Part shown: piece after piece, positions 18,661 to 28,255 of the stretch
Numbering within the stretch: the stretch's first letter is position 1
How the letters are laid out: the number at the start of each line of letters is the position of its first letter
IMG/VR virus record: IMGVR_UViG_3300031470_000001
Span: 1-55,124 of that record
Source of the DNA: a virus
Taxonomy: Duplodnaviria; Caudoviricetes
DNA: 55,124 nt
Direction: 5' to 3' (one strand)
Position numbers and translations under genes: made by a program
The notes under the pieces: generated by a model
Told to the model about the DNA's origin: nothing
The model's database searches: none
The model's input: only the letters and a program-made list of their open reading frames with translations

Positions 18661-19155
18661 CTATGCGGCTATGGCGGCGACCAAACCGCTGTTGGACGCA
18701 AGAGTGAAATCGGCTGCGGGAGCCGGGATAGTTGGCAGAACAACGACCGGTGCCGGTATGGGCGCCGGCTGAACAGGAATGGTCGGAATCGCCAGAGGGG
18801 CAGGAAGAGACCCATTCTGAGATGGAGGCCTCGTTAATGCCGTGCCGGACGCCACGGCGAGGTTGAACACTGCGCGTCCGACCGTGCCCCGCATATCGGC
18901 GAGCGTGGCCTGGTCATAGGCGGCCGTGGCGAGGCCAAGTAGCGCGTTGACAAGATCGCCAGCGTATCCGGCTGGGTCGAGAGCGTCGAGGCCACCCACG
19001 GCCCCCGCAAGACCAGTATCGATCTCCGACACGAGCGCGAGGCCCGCCGACACCAAGGCGGCCTTGCGCAGCGGCGTAGCGGTCTTGATCGGGGCTGCGG
19101 CCTGGACCGATGCCGATAGCAGCGCGAGGTCTGATGTGATTTGCGCCGGGATCAT
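18661..19155 (-). CDS. Tail/baseplate-associated hypothetical protein with Pro-rich C-terminus
   Basis: Start MIPAQITSD; co-oriented in the baseplate module. Confidence 0.65.
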   Translation of the reverse strand: MIPAQITSDLALLSASVQAAAPIKTATPLRKAALVSAGLALVSEIDTGLAGAVGGLDALDPAGYAGDLVNALLGLATAAYDQATLADMRGTVGRAVFNLAVASGTALTRPPSQNGSLPAPLAIPTIPVQPAPIPAPVVVLPTIPAPAADFTLASNSGLVAAIAA

Positions 19156-19172
19156 GCGTGGCCGATGCCGCC

Positions 19173-19640
19173 TTACCCGAGAGGAGTCGAATTCGCGACG
19201 TTGTCGACCGCGACAGCACTCGCGCCACCAAGATCGGAACCGATCAGGCTGTCGATCGACGACACGGCAGCGCCCAATCCGCCAGGATTGTCGACGGGCG
19301 TCAGGGTCAGCGACGAATGGATCACGTTGGGGAACTTCTCCACCTTCCAAGTGTGCGACGCGATGACGACGATGCGGGCTTCCATGCCGTTCGAATAGGG
19401 GTAAGGCAGTCCCGAAATCCGCATCTGGTCCAGCAGCAGGACATCGTCGGCCGAACCCGAGCCGACGTGCAGCACCTCGAATGAACGATCGTCGTCATCC
19501 GGCCCCATGGCATCGATGATGCGGTCCCCGCCCGGCAGTTTATGGATGCGAAGCTGTTGCTTGCCGCCACCGGGAAGCGTCTCGGGTACGGCGAAGTCGG
19601 TGAACAGGAAGGGTCCGAGCGCGAGGACGTCGTTGGGCAC
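19173..19640 (-). CDS. Phage tail protein (P2 gpU-like tube initiator)
   Basis: LGPF.F.DFAVPE.LP.GG.Q.L.IHKLPGG.R.IDAMG. Confidence 0.75.
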   Translation of the reverse strand: MPNDVLALGPFLFTDFAVPETLPGGGKQQLRIHKLPGGDRIIDAMGPDDDDRSFEVLHVGSGSADDVLLLDQMRISGLPYPYSNGMEARIVVIASHTWKVEKFPNVIHSSLTLTPVDNPGGLGAAVSSIDSLIGSDLGGASAVAVDNVANSTPLG

Positions 19641-19643
19641 GGG

Positions 19644-20225
19644 TCAGCCGATCTTCGCCATGACGTTCTGTGCCGTCCCGTTGACGGTTTTGACGAGATC
19701 GAAATTGCCGCCTTGTTCGGGATCGCCGCCGTAATAGGCATTCTTGCCCGTGGCCGGCTTCATGCTGATCCTGCCATCGGCGTGATGCTTGGTCTGGGAA
19801 CCGCTCTGGCCGATCACGGTCACGCTCTTGTCGGCCGCAAAGAAAACCTTGTTACCGCTTTCGTGCTGTAGCAGCATCTCGCCGGACTGTACGACAGGAG
19901 GCTTGTCCGTATTCGAGAACTGCCGGTGGTGCGCCACGAGAGTGTCGGGATCACCGCCGTCGAAATGAAGATCGAAGACCTGACCGTCGAGCTTCTGCGC
20001 ATCCCCGACGCGAGGACCGACCGCGATACCAAAGCCGTTGCCGACATGAAGAGCGGCGACGGGTATCCACCCGCTTTCGATCCCGTGGGGCTGGATGATG
20101 CCCTTCACGGCATGCGTCTGCGGATTGAAGGCCGTACAGACGAGCGTCCCCTTGAACTGCGAGCGGCCCATCACCTCTTGCGCGATGCGGCGGATATGGT
20201 TCGTCAGTTCGTCCATGTCGGTCAT
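19644..20225 (-). CDS. Baseplate spike (gpV/gp45-like)
   Basis: OB-fold with ESGWIP..ALHVGNGFG; beta-strand C-terminus. Confidence 0.82.
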   Translation of the reverse strand: MTDMDELTNHIRRIAQEVMGRSQFKGTLVCTAFNPQTHAVKGIIQPHGIESGWIPVAALHVGNGFGIAVGPRVGDAQKLDGQVFDLHFDGGDPDTLVAHHRQFSNTDKPPVVQSGEMLLQHESGNKVFFAADKSVTVIGQSGSQTKHHADGRISMKPATGKNAYYGGDPEQGGNFDLVKTVNGTAQNVMAKIG

Positions 20226-21364
20226 AAGTGTAAGTGGATGGTGCCACCCTGCCCGTTGGGAACAGTCGAGAACTGCGTCGCGCCGGTATCGTCGGAACCG
20301 TCCCGTCCGGACTTGGCGATCTTACCTGAAACGCTCATTTCGGAACCGGACTCCCGTGCAATCGTCAACTCGACGCTATCCACGTCGTAAAGCTGGTCGA
20401 AGATCGTGCTCGTGCCCGAGAGGCTCATCTTCTGCCTCGGCGTGACAGAAAGATCGGCCGGGGCCTTCACCACCACGCTGCAGTCGTGCCGGATCGCCTC
20501 CTTGAGGCGAGACTTCTTCAGCTTGTCGACCTGGGCCTGATTACGCCCGTTGTGGTGATGCTCGATTTCCACGGTAGGACCGACGCCACCCGACTGAGCG
20601 ACCCCGTCGTACTTTTTTGCGTCCTTGTGGTGCCATGACCGTACCGCGAGGCTATGCGGACGCGCCGCCGTCATGTTGCGATGCGTTTCAAGGTCGGTGC
20701 ATGTCGCGACTCCGACCTGGCCTTGTCCGTCGGGCGGAATCCACTGGACGTTGAAGGTCCCCGCATCGGTACCTTTCGGCTCGAAATAGAGCGTCGTTCC
20801 GTCGACATACCATCGGAACCCTTCGCGATCGGCGAGCCGCGACAGGATCTCATGATCGGAGAGGTTCAGCACGAGATGGTTCGTGTCGACGTCATAGAGT
20901 TTGCCGGCGAAATCCTCGGTCGCCTGAACCGCGGCCATGAGACCGTGATCCTGAGCGATCGTCGAGACGACATCACCGGATTTTTGGTTCTTGAACTGCT
21001 GAGAGCGGCGCTTTTCGGTGAGAGATCCCGATTTGTCCCGACCCGACACCGTGACGGTGCATTCGCCCCAATGGATATGCGGTTCGTCGATCTGTCCCGT
21101 GATGACGGAAACGGGATCGCTCCCGTCGAGAGACATCAGGATCTCGACGTCCGTTGGCTGATAGTCGGCCCATTCCGCATAGCCGAAGCCGGCCGAAGCC
21201 GTTTCGTCGACCGACAACTCGGCTTCGAACCTGTCGGCCTGCCGCTCCGATTTCCGCGTCACCGTGGCGGAGATGCACGGCAGTCTGGCACCGTTGAGCA
21301 AAAGCCAGACGCGGGGCGTCCGCACGGTGCTTCCCGCGCCGGCACTGGCGTCGATGTAGCTCAC
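20222..21364 (-). CDS. Baseplate hub (late control D/gp44-like)
   Basis: VSGRDKS..L, LADREGF.WYVDGT.LYF; follows the tape measure gene. Confidence 0.85.
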   Translation of the reverse strand: MSYIDASAGAGSTVRTPRVWLLLNGARLPCISATVTRKSERQADRFEAELSVDETASAGFGYAEWADYQPTDVEILMSLDGSDPVSVITGQIDEPHIHWGECTVTVSGRDKSGSLTEKRRSQQFKNQKSGDVVSTIAQDHGLMAAVQATEDFAGKLYDVDTNHLVLNLSDHEILSRLADREGFRWYVDGTTLYFEPKGTDAGTFNVQWIPPDGQGQVGVATCTDLETHRNMTAARPHSLAVRSWHHKDAKKYDGVAQSGGVGPTVEIEHHHNGRNQAQVDKLKKSRLKEAIRHDCSVVVKAPADLSVTPRQKMSLSGTSTIFDQLYDVDSVELTIARESGSEMSVSGKIAKSGRDGSDDTGATQFSTVPNGQGGTIHLHL

Positions 21365-24300
21365 GCGGCATCCGTCACTGGCGTCCCCGGCGAGACGTAG
21401 TGGCTGTGGGGGTCGGGACCGCCCATGTTGCCGGGGTGCCGCATGGCCATGGCCTGATGTTTGGTCACGGTCTTTGTCAGAACCTTACCGTCGAGCAGAT
21501 GCGTGAGATGGACCTCGACCGGTGGCATATTCATCGCCGTCGTCATAGCCCCGCCCGCCGGCACGCCGGGACTCACCTTACGGGGCGGAGGAGCCGAGAC
21601 GGTGGCGGCGGGTCGGCCAGCCGATACCGTGGCGCCGCGGTGCGAATAGGCATCGAGGGCGGCACGCTCATAGGCGTGGCGGCTACCATAAGCCTTGACA
21701 CCGGCCCCTTCGAATGACCGCTCGAAACCTTCGAGGCTCCCGCCTGCCTTCAGGCCCGCAACGCTACCTGCGTAGCGACCTGCCAGCTCGTGCTTGAGGA
21801 AGCCGTAGTTGGCTTCGTCGGAATGTGGATCCAGATGGTTCGCGGCAGACCAATCACGAAATCCGTGATTGCGTGAACCGGTCCATTGCGCCCAACCGAT
21901 CCCGCCACCGCCACCGACCTCGTTGAACGCCTTGAACCCCATCGACTCGTGACCGAGGTTGCCCATGATCTTCGCGGCCATCGGCGCGTCGAGGCTGAAA
22001 TCTCCCATCAGCCGCGACATGATCTCGGGGGACTTCTGCGCAAAGCTTCCCCCAGCGGAAAACCGGCTGACCGGACCATCGACAAGTGACCCGCTGGATC
22101 CGCTGTACGGCTTTCCGTAGCGAATGGACGGCATGGACCGGGCCGAATCTCCTCCCGTGCCGCCAACATAGGCATTTGATGCACCATGACCGGAGCCATG
22201 GATACCTGACGAGCCCGAACCGCCTCCGGTGCTGTCCCAGGTCGTATAGGCGGCTTGCGTGAAGCCCGAGCCGATGCCGACGTCACCGGCCCCGGCACCA
22301 GATCCGCCGCCGAACAGGCCATAGACCTTGGCGGTCGCCGCATCGAGCGCGGCCGAAAACGACGCCAACGCACCGGTTATGCCGGTCGCCCGCGTATTCA
22401 GCCCGTCGAACGACGTCTGGACGATGCCGGTGGACGTGGTGAGCTGGCCGAATTGCCAGACGTTCAGCTCTTCCTGCTTTTGCAGCAGCCCGAGGCCTGC
22501 GGTCGCGCGCTCGATCGCTCCTGACATGTCGATGCCAGCCGGGACTCCAAGCCTTCCGGCAATGGCCGCAGAAGCCTGTCCGGTGATGCCGGAAGGGTTG
22601 AGACCTGGGATCGTCGCTCCCTCTGCCGCATGGGCACCCATATCGAATGGATTATGGTCTTTCCAATAGTGGCGAATCGCATCGCCCATCGCGCCCTCTC
22701 GCTTGAGAGCCGGATCGACAGGGGCGTTGTCTGTCTCCGCCTTCTTCAAGACGTCCGGCATATCCTTCCCAAGCTCATAAAGCTGAAACATCGTCAGGGC
22801 GGCACGCGGGAGAAGATTGGTGTATCCCGGAGAAGTGCCGCCGGGTCCTGCCCCTCCACCACCCGGAAGAGCACGCCCACTCAAAGCCGCCGCAGCCTCT
22901 TTCAAAGCCAATGCGGATGCATCGAGCGCCGTAGCCGCGCCCGACAAAGCAGCACCTCCGCCACCAAAGCCGAGCATTCGTGCGGCGCCATAGCCGGTCA
23001 GCCCGAGTGCCGCGACGCCGGCTCCCATCGCCCCCACCTTCGTGAGGTCGGGATGAGCTTCCATGGCCTGAGCGAAAGCGTTGATGCCTGCGGTCAAGCC
23101 TGTCAGGCCCGCAATGGCAGGATCAACAAGCCCGGTGCCAAGTGCAGTAAGAAAATCCTCGGTCTTCTTATGCAGGGCGTCGAGTTTCAACACCGGATCT
23201 TTGTTCTGAAGGATGTCTACGGCATTGTCAGGCACGGCGTCGCGGAGAGCCATATCCTTGACAATCTGCATGCGGGTTGCTGGCTCTAAAAGACCTCGCA
23301 TCATCATAGTGGTCGACTTGTTCGAGCCGATGCCGTTAATGACCTGGTTGACCGCCTTTTGATTGTGTGTATCGACACCGTGAGCTTTGAGCTTATCGAG
23401 GACCCCTCCGGACCAATCCCAGATATTTTCTGACATACCCTCAGCGAATTGGCTGTTAGGATCAAGATGCCATTGGCTTTTTGAGTCTTGCCAGACCTTA
23501 CCGCTCGCTAAATCCTGATCAACAAGACCATACTTTACAAGATTTGCGACAGATTTAGAAGTAATGATGCCAGCCGCATAAGAGCGGTTAGCCATATAGT
23601 CAGCGTTACCTAGCTTTGAGTGCTTCATTACTGATCCGAGGATTGGCGCCACGACAGTCGCCATCCGCATATCCCAGTTCTGGGCCGCACCGCCGGAGTT
23701 GTTCGTCATGGCGTAGAATGAGGAACCATCCGTAACGCCACGCTCTGACAACATGGTTTTGAACAGCTCACTCATCATCGCCTTGGTGTTCTTCTCTCTC
23801 TCCTCGTTTGTGCCGCGCTGAGTGACGCCAGTCTCCTCCAAGCCCTTCGCAAGTTCGAATACCTGCTTGCCGCTGCTAAACTTGCTGTGAATACCTTCCG
23901 ACTTGACCGACTGCAGACCAGTCATGATGTTGTTGAAGGCCGGGAGAAAAGTGATAGCCTCGTCGAGCGTCGGCTTTTTTCCATTGAACTCTGGGAAGAC
24001 CTTGATCATCTCGTAGAGGCGGCCGATGTTCTCCGTCGCCGACGTGTTTTGGTTCTGAGCCGCGTTGGCCCACGCGGACTTGCTTGCCTTCTGAACCTCG
24101 GATTGACTGAATCCGGCGGCCTCGAATTGGGTTTCCCAATGACGGAAATCGAAAGCCTTACCGAGCGCATCTTTCAGGATTTCACCCGTCAAGATGCCGC
24201 TGACCAGTGGTACCATGCCGTCGCCGCCTTGGCTGGCGCCCAGACTCCCGCCTGGAATCGCCACGTGATGAGGGCGAAGGTGGAAACCGCCATGGGCCTT

Positions 24301-25065
24301 GTTATGAGGGGACGCAGGATTGCGGGGGACGATCGGGGTGAGACCGCTACCTGAAACAGGGACTACACCAGTCGCAGCTGCGGCAGCGCCTGACGAGCGC
24401 GCCGCTACGGCCGCAGCCTCGGTGCTCAGGCCCTGCATCTCGGCGACCGATGCCTTTATCGCTTCGTTGATGCGGCCGATGCTGCCTATAGCTTCCTCGG
24501 CTGCGGCCGTGGCCGCGCTAGCGATTGGCTGGAACAGTTCCGGTGCCTCCGCGCCGATGCCCCGCAAGGCTTCGATCGCGCCCGTCGCCGTCGCCCGCAT
24601 CTCGGCGAGAACGTCCGACTGCATCGCCACCGTCGCCGTCAGAACTCCACCGAGCGCCTCCGGTGCCGCTGCGCCGATGCCCTGCATCTCCGCGATGGCG
24701 CCTGTCTTTAACCCCTTCATGGCCTCGACGACTTCGCCGGAAAGACCGCTCGCGAAGGTGCCGATTTCACCGAACGAGGCCTTAGCGCCTTTCGTCATCT
24801 CGCCGAAGACGGCCCCGGTGTCCGGCCCGAGCCGAGCCATGGACTTGATGACCTTGTCAACCCCTGCGGACGAGATCTTGCTGATCTCCTCCCACTGACT
24901 TTCCATCTTCGTGACGACAGCGCCCAACCCGAGCTTGTCGAGCGTGCCTTGTAGGCCAACGGCTTTCTTCTCCGCGCTCTCAAGCCCGCCAATAAGGCGG
25001 CGCAAGGGACCGTCGAACTCATCAACGAGGCGGAAGACGGCGCCTGTACTGAAAGTCTCGTTCAA
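21361..25065 (-). CDS. Tape measure protein with C-terminal tail-lysozyme domain
   Basis: 1234-aa Ala/Gly helical protein; IMGNLGHES...GIGWAQWTGSR lysozyme motif. Confidence 0.9.
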   Translation of the reverse strand: MNETFSTGAVFRLVDEFDGPLRRLIGGLESAEKKAVGLQGTLDKLGLGAVVTKMESQWEEISKISSAGVDKVIKSMARLGPDTGAVFGEMTKGAKASFGEIGTFASGLSGEVVEAMKGLKTGAIAEMQGIGAAAPEALGGVLTATVAMQSDVLAEMRATATGAIEALRGIGAEAPELFQPIASAATAAAEEAIGSIGRINEAIKASVAEMQGLSTEAAAVAARSSGAAAAATGVVPVSGSGLTPIVPRNPASPHNKAHGGFHLRPHHVAIPGGSLGASQGGDGMVPLVSGILTGEILKDALGKAFDFRHWETQFEAAGFSQSEVQKASKSAWANAAQNQNTSATENIGRLYEMIKVFPEFNGKKPTLDEAITFLPAFNNIMTGLQSVKSEGIHSKFSSGKQVFELAKGLEETGVTQRGTNEEREKNTKAMMSELFKTMLSERGVTDGSSFYAMTNNSGGAAQNWDMRMATVVAPILGSVMKHSKLGNADYMANRSYAAGIITSKSVANLVKYGLVDQDLASGKVWQDSKSQWHLDPNSQFAEGMSENIWDWSGGVLDKLKAHGVDTHNQKAVNQVINGIGSNKSTTMMMRGLLEPATRMQIVKDMALRDAVPDNAVDILQNKDPVLKLDALHKKTEDFLTALGTGLVDPAIAGLTGLTAGINAFAQAMEAHPDLTKVGAMGAGVAALGLTGYGAARMLGFGGGGAALSGAATALDASALALKEAAAALSGRALPGGGGAGPGGTSPGYTNLLPRAALTMFQLYELGKDMPDVLKKAETDNAPVDPALKREGAMGDAIRHYWKDHNPFDMGAHAAEGATIPGLNPSGITGQASAAIAGRLGVPAGIDMSGAIERATAGLGLLQKQEELNVWQFGQLTTSTGIVQTSFDGLNTRATGITGALASFSAALDAATAKVYGLFGGGSGAGAGDVGIGSGFTQAAYTTWDSTGGGSGSSGIHGSGHGASNAYVGGTGGDSARSMPSIRYGKPYSGSSGSLVDGPVSRFSAGGSFAQKSPEIMSRLMGDFSLDAPMAAKIMGNLGHESMGFKAFNEVGGGGGIGWAQWTGSRNHGFRDWSAANHLDPHSDEANYGFLKHELAGRYAGSVAGLKAGGSLEGFERSFEGAGVKAYGSRHAYERAALDAYSHRGATVSAGRPAATVSAPPPRKVSPGVPAGGAMTTAMNMPPVEVHLTHLLDGKVLTKTVTKHQAMAMRHPGNMGGPDPHSHYVSPGTPVTDAA

Positions 25066-25505
25066 ACCCTGGCTCCTGGTGTCAAGGCGCGGACAGCGGT
25101 CTCGGCGAGCGCCGTCGCGAGTTCGGGCTCGACCAGCATCAAGGCGGGGCCGAGGAAGGGCCGCGGGGGCACCCTGCTTGTTCCGACCTCGTGATAGACC
25201 GAGATGGGGTCGGTGCTGCCGACAATGCCCACGACTTCACGAAAACCACTCTCGGCTTCGCCTGAAATGCTGTCCCGAAGATCGCCGTCCCGGAGGAGCG
25301 GCGCCGGGACGGGATAACCCAAAGCGGATTTCTCAGCGATTGTTGAAGCCGCCAATTCGGGCCACCCTTGCTGCTGCTCGCCAATGAAGCTCTTGGCCTT
25401 CTTCGCCGCCTCTTCCATGCCGAGCCGCACTTCCCGCTCAAGGGCGAACTTGAGAGCAAGTTGGTTTCGCTTCAGGCCGGCGATGACGTCGGAAAGAGGG
25501 ATCAA
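25062..25505 (-). CDS. HK97 gp10-like/virion morphogenesis protein
   Basis: PLLRDGDLRDSI, YHEVGTSRVPPRPFLGPA. Confidence 0.8.
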   Translation of the reverse strand: MIPLSDVIAGLKRNQLALKFALEREVRLGMEEAAKKAKSFIGEQQQGWPELAASTIAEKSALGYPVPAPLLRDGDLRDSISGEAESGFREVVGIVGSTDPISVYHEVGTSRVPPRPFLGPALMLVEPELATALAETAVRALTPGARV

Positions 25506-26104
25506 TCCGCATCCCTTCGCGAGGGATCAAGTGGCAACCGCACTTCTTCCATCGTCTGAAACTTTCCCGGACCAACCGACCAATCAAAGCCGGATAGCCT
25601 GACATCAAGCTCAGCGTCGATATTACCGAACAAGTAGAAATCGCATGTCCCTACCGGGAATTTCTCCCCACGGTCGACTTGCTTTTTCAGGTCGGACACA
25701 CTCACGTCAAGCATCTTGTTAGCAAAAGTGAAGCACTGAGGTTCGTCGGAAGATGAGAGCGCGCATGTCGTGAGGGATGCTAGCTTGGCGAAGCGCCCGT
25801 AGACAATGTCCTTCAATCCATTGTCCAACGGCATGGAAGCCGAGAAATCTCCGAACTCGTCCTTTGGGCCGCAAGAGAGTGACCCGTTCAGTCCCACGAT
25901 ATCGTCCCAAACATAGGACTTTCCGCCGCCCATATCTGGCCCGTCGAACCTGTAGTGCTCAATCTGAGCGATATGATTGCCGTCACGGTCGATGGCTTCA
26001 TGCAGGCGATGCTTAAACATTTCACAAGTAAGCGGCGACGCTGTAGCTGGGCCACAGCACCACGCGCTAACCGCTAACGCCCCCGCCAAAATCAAAGCAC
26101 GCAT
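25502..26104 (-). CDS. Exported hypothetical moron protein
   Basis: Signal peptide; several Cys; lower GC. Confidence 0.7.
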   Translation of the reverse strand: MRALILAGALAVSAWCCGPATASPLTCEMFKHRLHEAIDRDGNHIAQIEHYRFDGPDMGGGKSYVWDDIVGLNGSLSCGPKDEFGDFSASMPLDNGLKDIVYGRFAKLASLTTCALSSSDEPQCFTFANKMLDVSVSDLKKQVDRGEKFPVGTCDFYLFGNIDAELDVRLSGFDWSVGPGKFQTMEEVRLPLDPSRRDAD

Positions 26105-26228
26105 GATCTCTCTCCACGTTCATGGAGAGGCTATGTAGGATCATGCTTGGGCGCATTCCAGACAAGCTCGGTTGACTCATTCCGTCCGCAAATGCCATGT
26201 TTCCGCCCTTAATCCAGGGAGAGAAACC

Positions 26229-26471
26229 ATGCGTTTCGTCATCGTCATCGGCGCCGTGATCGCATCGACATACGCCGGTTTTGCAGCCCCCGCCTGTCGC
26301 GACGCTCACGGCACTTACACCAACAGCTCAGGGCATGAGATCCGTGACCCGGCATGCGTCACCGGCCATATTCCAGGCGAGACGGCGATCTGCCGAGATG
26401 GAAGCCATTCAATGTCGGAACACCGACGCGGGACGTGCTCGCGCCACGGTGGAGTAGCGCAGTGGGAATGA
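26229..26471 (+). CDS. DUF3761-like small exported protein
   Basis: Signal peptide; TAICRDGSHSMSEHRRGTCSRHGGVAQW; GGGAGA RBS. Confidence 0.85.
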   Translation: MRFVIVIGAVIASTYAGFAAPACRDAHGTYTNSSGHEIRDPACVTGHIPGETAICRDGSHSMSEHRRGTCSRHGGVAQWE

Positions 26472-26484
26472 CGAAGCGGGGGCT

Positions 26485-27432
26485 TTAGTCAGGTAGTCTT
26501 TCAACCAACTTTTCATGCAAGCGATGAAGATCAACATTGCAGAGGAGCAAGGCTATTTCCTCGAATCGGCTACCGAGCGCGTCCTCTAACGCTGCAATCA
26601 CCTCAGCGACTTCGACGTCGAGGATCTTGTGGCGCTGTTGCCGATCCGAAAGCGGCCTTCCTGGCTTGGTTTCGGACGCGCGAGGCTGAGAGCGTTCGGC
26701 CTTCATCGCCTCGACCTTGGCCACCTGTTCGTCGGCCGGAACCGCAGCGACCTTCAGCAGAGCGGACTGGTTCTTCTCAAGGCCCGCGACGCGGGCCGCC
26801 TGCTTGGCCTCGGGCGAGATGGCGTCGATTTTACGCGCCCGTCGAACCTCTCTGCGGTCCACCGCGAATTCCTTCGCAGCGGCACTGATGCCGGCATCGT
26901 TAGGCTGTGCGCCTCCTGGCTTCGAAGGGTGGGCAGATTTGCCCACCCTGGGAGTAGAAGCCCTACCGCCCTTCGAAGCCAAAGAAGATCCTATTGGCCC
27001 GATTTGAGATGCAGGAAGCCGCTCAACGTCTGCGACAGCGTCTTGAACCTGCTTAAGGTGCTCCTCCCCATGCTCTTGAAAAAGACGTATCCACTCAGCG
27101 AGGTGCTGAGACCGTTCCAGGACCGTCAATTCCGCGCGATGAAGATTTTCGGCGATCTCCCAAAGGCGATAGTCGATCTCGTCACCCTCAACGACATTAA
27201 TGAGGATCTTGTCCCATCCCAGCCGGCGGGCCGCCTCAAGGCGGTGTCGGCCGGCGACAAGGACGACATCATCACCGTCTCCAATGATGCGAACCTGGAT
27301 CGGGGTCATCTGCCCGATCTTTTTGAACGACTCCATCATGTCGAGCACACGCTGCTCGTCCATGTGGCGGAGCCGATCGGGGATCGTAACCAACTCCGCT
27401 TCGTGCTTCTCCGACCGCTGTACCGTGAGCAT
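26485..27432 (-). CDS. ParB N-terminal domain protein with HTH (orphan)
   Basis: SFKKIGQMTPIQV, LVAGRHRLEA, EIAENLHRAELT.LER; start could extend to 27525. Confidence 0.85.
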   Translation of the reverse strand: MLTVQRSEKHEAELVTIPDRLRHMDEQRVLDMMESFKKIGQMTPIQVRIIGDGDDVVLVAGRHRLEAARRLGWDKILINVVEGDEIDYRLWEIAENLHRAELTVLERSQHLAEWIRLFQEHGEEHLKQVQDAVADVERLPASQIGPIGSSLASKGGRASTPRVGKSAHPSKPGGAQPNDAGISAAAKEFAVDRREVRRARKIDAISPEAKQAARVAGLEKNQSALLKVAAVPADEQVAKVEAMKAERSQPRASETKPGRPLSDRQQRHKILDVEVAEVIAALEDALGSRFEEIALLLCNVDLHRLHEKLVERLPD

Positions 27433-27588
27433 CACTGCACCTTCGGGAAGGGCTCGGCGCCGGCCGCTTCGCTGGTCTGCCAACGCAGGTAGTTCGGGTG
27501 CTTCCCAGAGAAATGCGCGTTCCACGCCTTGATCGCGAGAGCCGCGATCTCGATGCCGGGTAGCTTCCGGCGATCGTGCGGGGCCATC

Positions 27589-27915
27589 TCAGGCGGCCAG
27601 CGCGAGGCGGTTGACGGCCCGGACGCGGACCACGGTGCTGATCACCGCGTTCTCGAACTCGCCGTAGCAGACGCCCAGGAATGCCTTGACTTTCGCGGTG
27701 TCGATCCGGCCGGCGATTTGCTCGGTCACGGTGACGGTGAACTCGTCTCCCTGCAGCTCTTCGACTTCGCGACGCTTGGCCTCGGTCTTGAGGGCGTCCA
27801 GCTCGGCCGTGGCGGCCTTGGCGATGGCATCGGCCCGGCCGAGCGCGTCGGCGAGAGCAGCATCGGACAGGTTGTGGAAACGAGACGGGGCTGTGGTATT
27901 CTTGGCGGTAGCCAT
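27589..27915 (-). CDS. Phage hypothetical protein
   Basis: AGGAG RBS; clear promoter upstream. Confidence 0.75.
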   Translation of the reverse strand: MATAKNTTAPSRFHNLSDAALADALGRADAIAKAATAELDALKTEAKRREVEELQGDEFTVTVTEQIAGRIDTAKVKAFLGVCYGEFENAVISTVVRVRAVNRLALAA

Positions 27916-27987
27916 TGCGGTCTCCTACGAACTGCGGTGGTTAGGGCTGCCTTGGTGTTTCCAGCACCTTGGCGGCCCGTCTTATTT

Positions 27988-28016
27988 GTGATATCGCGTT
28001 TGCATGAGCACGTCAA
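27988..28016 (-). promoter_or_regulatory. Sigma70 promoter TTGACG-17-TATCAC with GYGATATCGC boxes at 27988-27997 and 28020-28029
   Basis: Read directly from sequence; divergent RHH gene starts at 28004. Confidence 0.65.
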
Positions 28017-28255
28017 TAGGCGATATCGCGAAAAAGAAGCGCGGACGAAAAAAAACCACCGGCCTTGGCGCTGGCGTCATGGTGCGCCTTCACGCGCCTG
28101 TGTTGCCCGCCCTCGACGCCTACCTCTCCGCTCTTCCCGACGCTCCATCGCGTCCCGAAGCCATCCGCCGCATCCTCACCGAGGCGCTGTCCGCCAAGGG
28201 CTTCCTCGATGGGCCGCCATCCGGTGTCGAGACCGAACGGCACGATGAAGCCTGA
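28004..28255 (+). CDS. Ribbon-helix-helix regulator
   Basis: KKRGRKKTTG...VMVRL...LDAY...PSRPEAIRRILTEAL. Confidence 0.82.
   Translation: MSTSIGDIAKKKRGRKKTTGLGAGVMVRLHAPVLPALDAYLSALPDAPSRPEAIRRILTEALSAKGFLDGPPSGVETERHDEA

Noticed and set aside
4396-27432. Plasmid-prophage partition system
   Set aside because: Two ParB-fold genes but no ParA or recognisable parS array in the window
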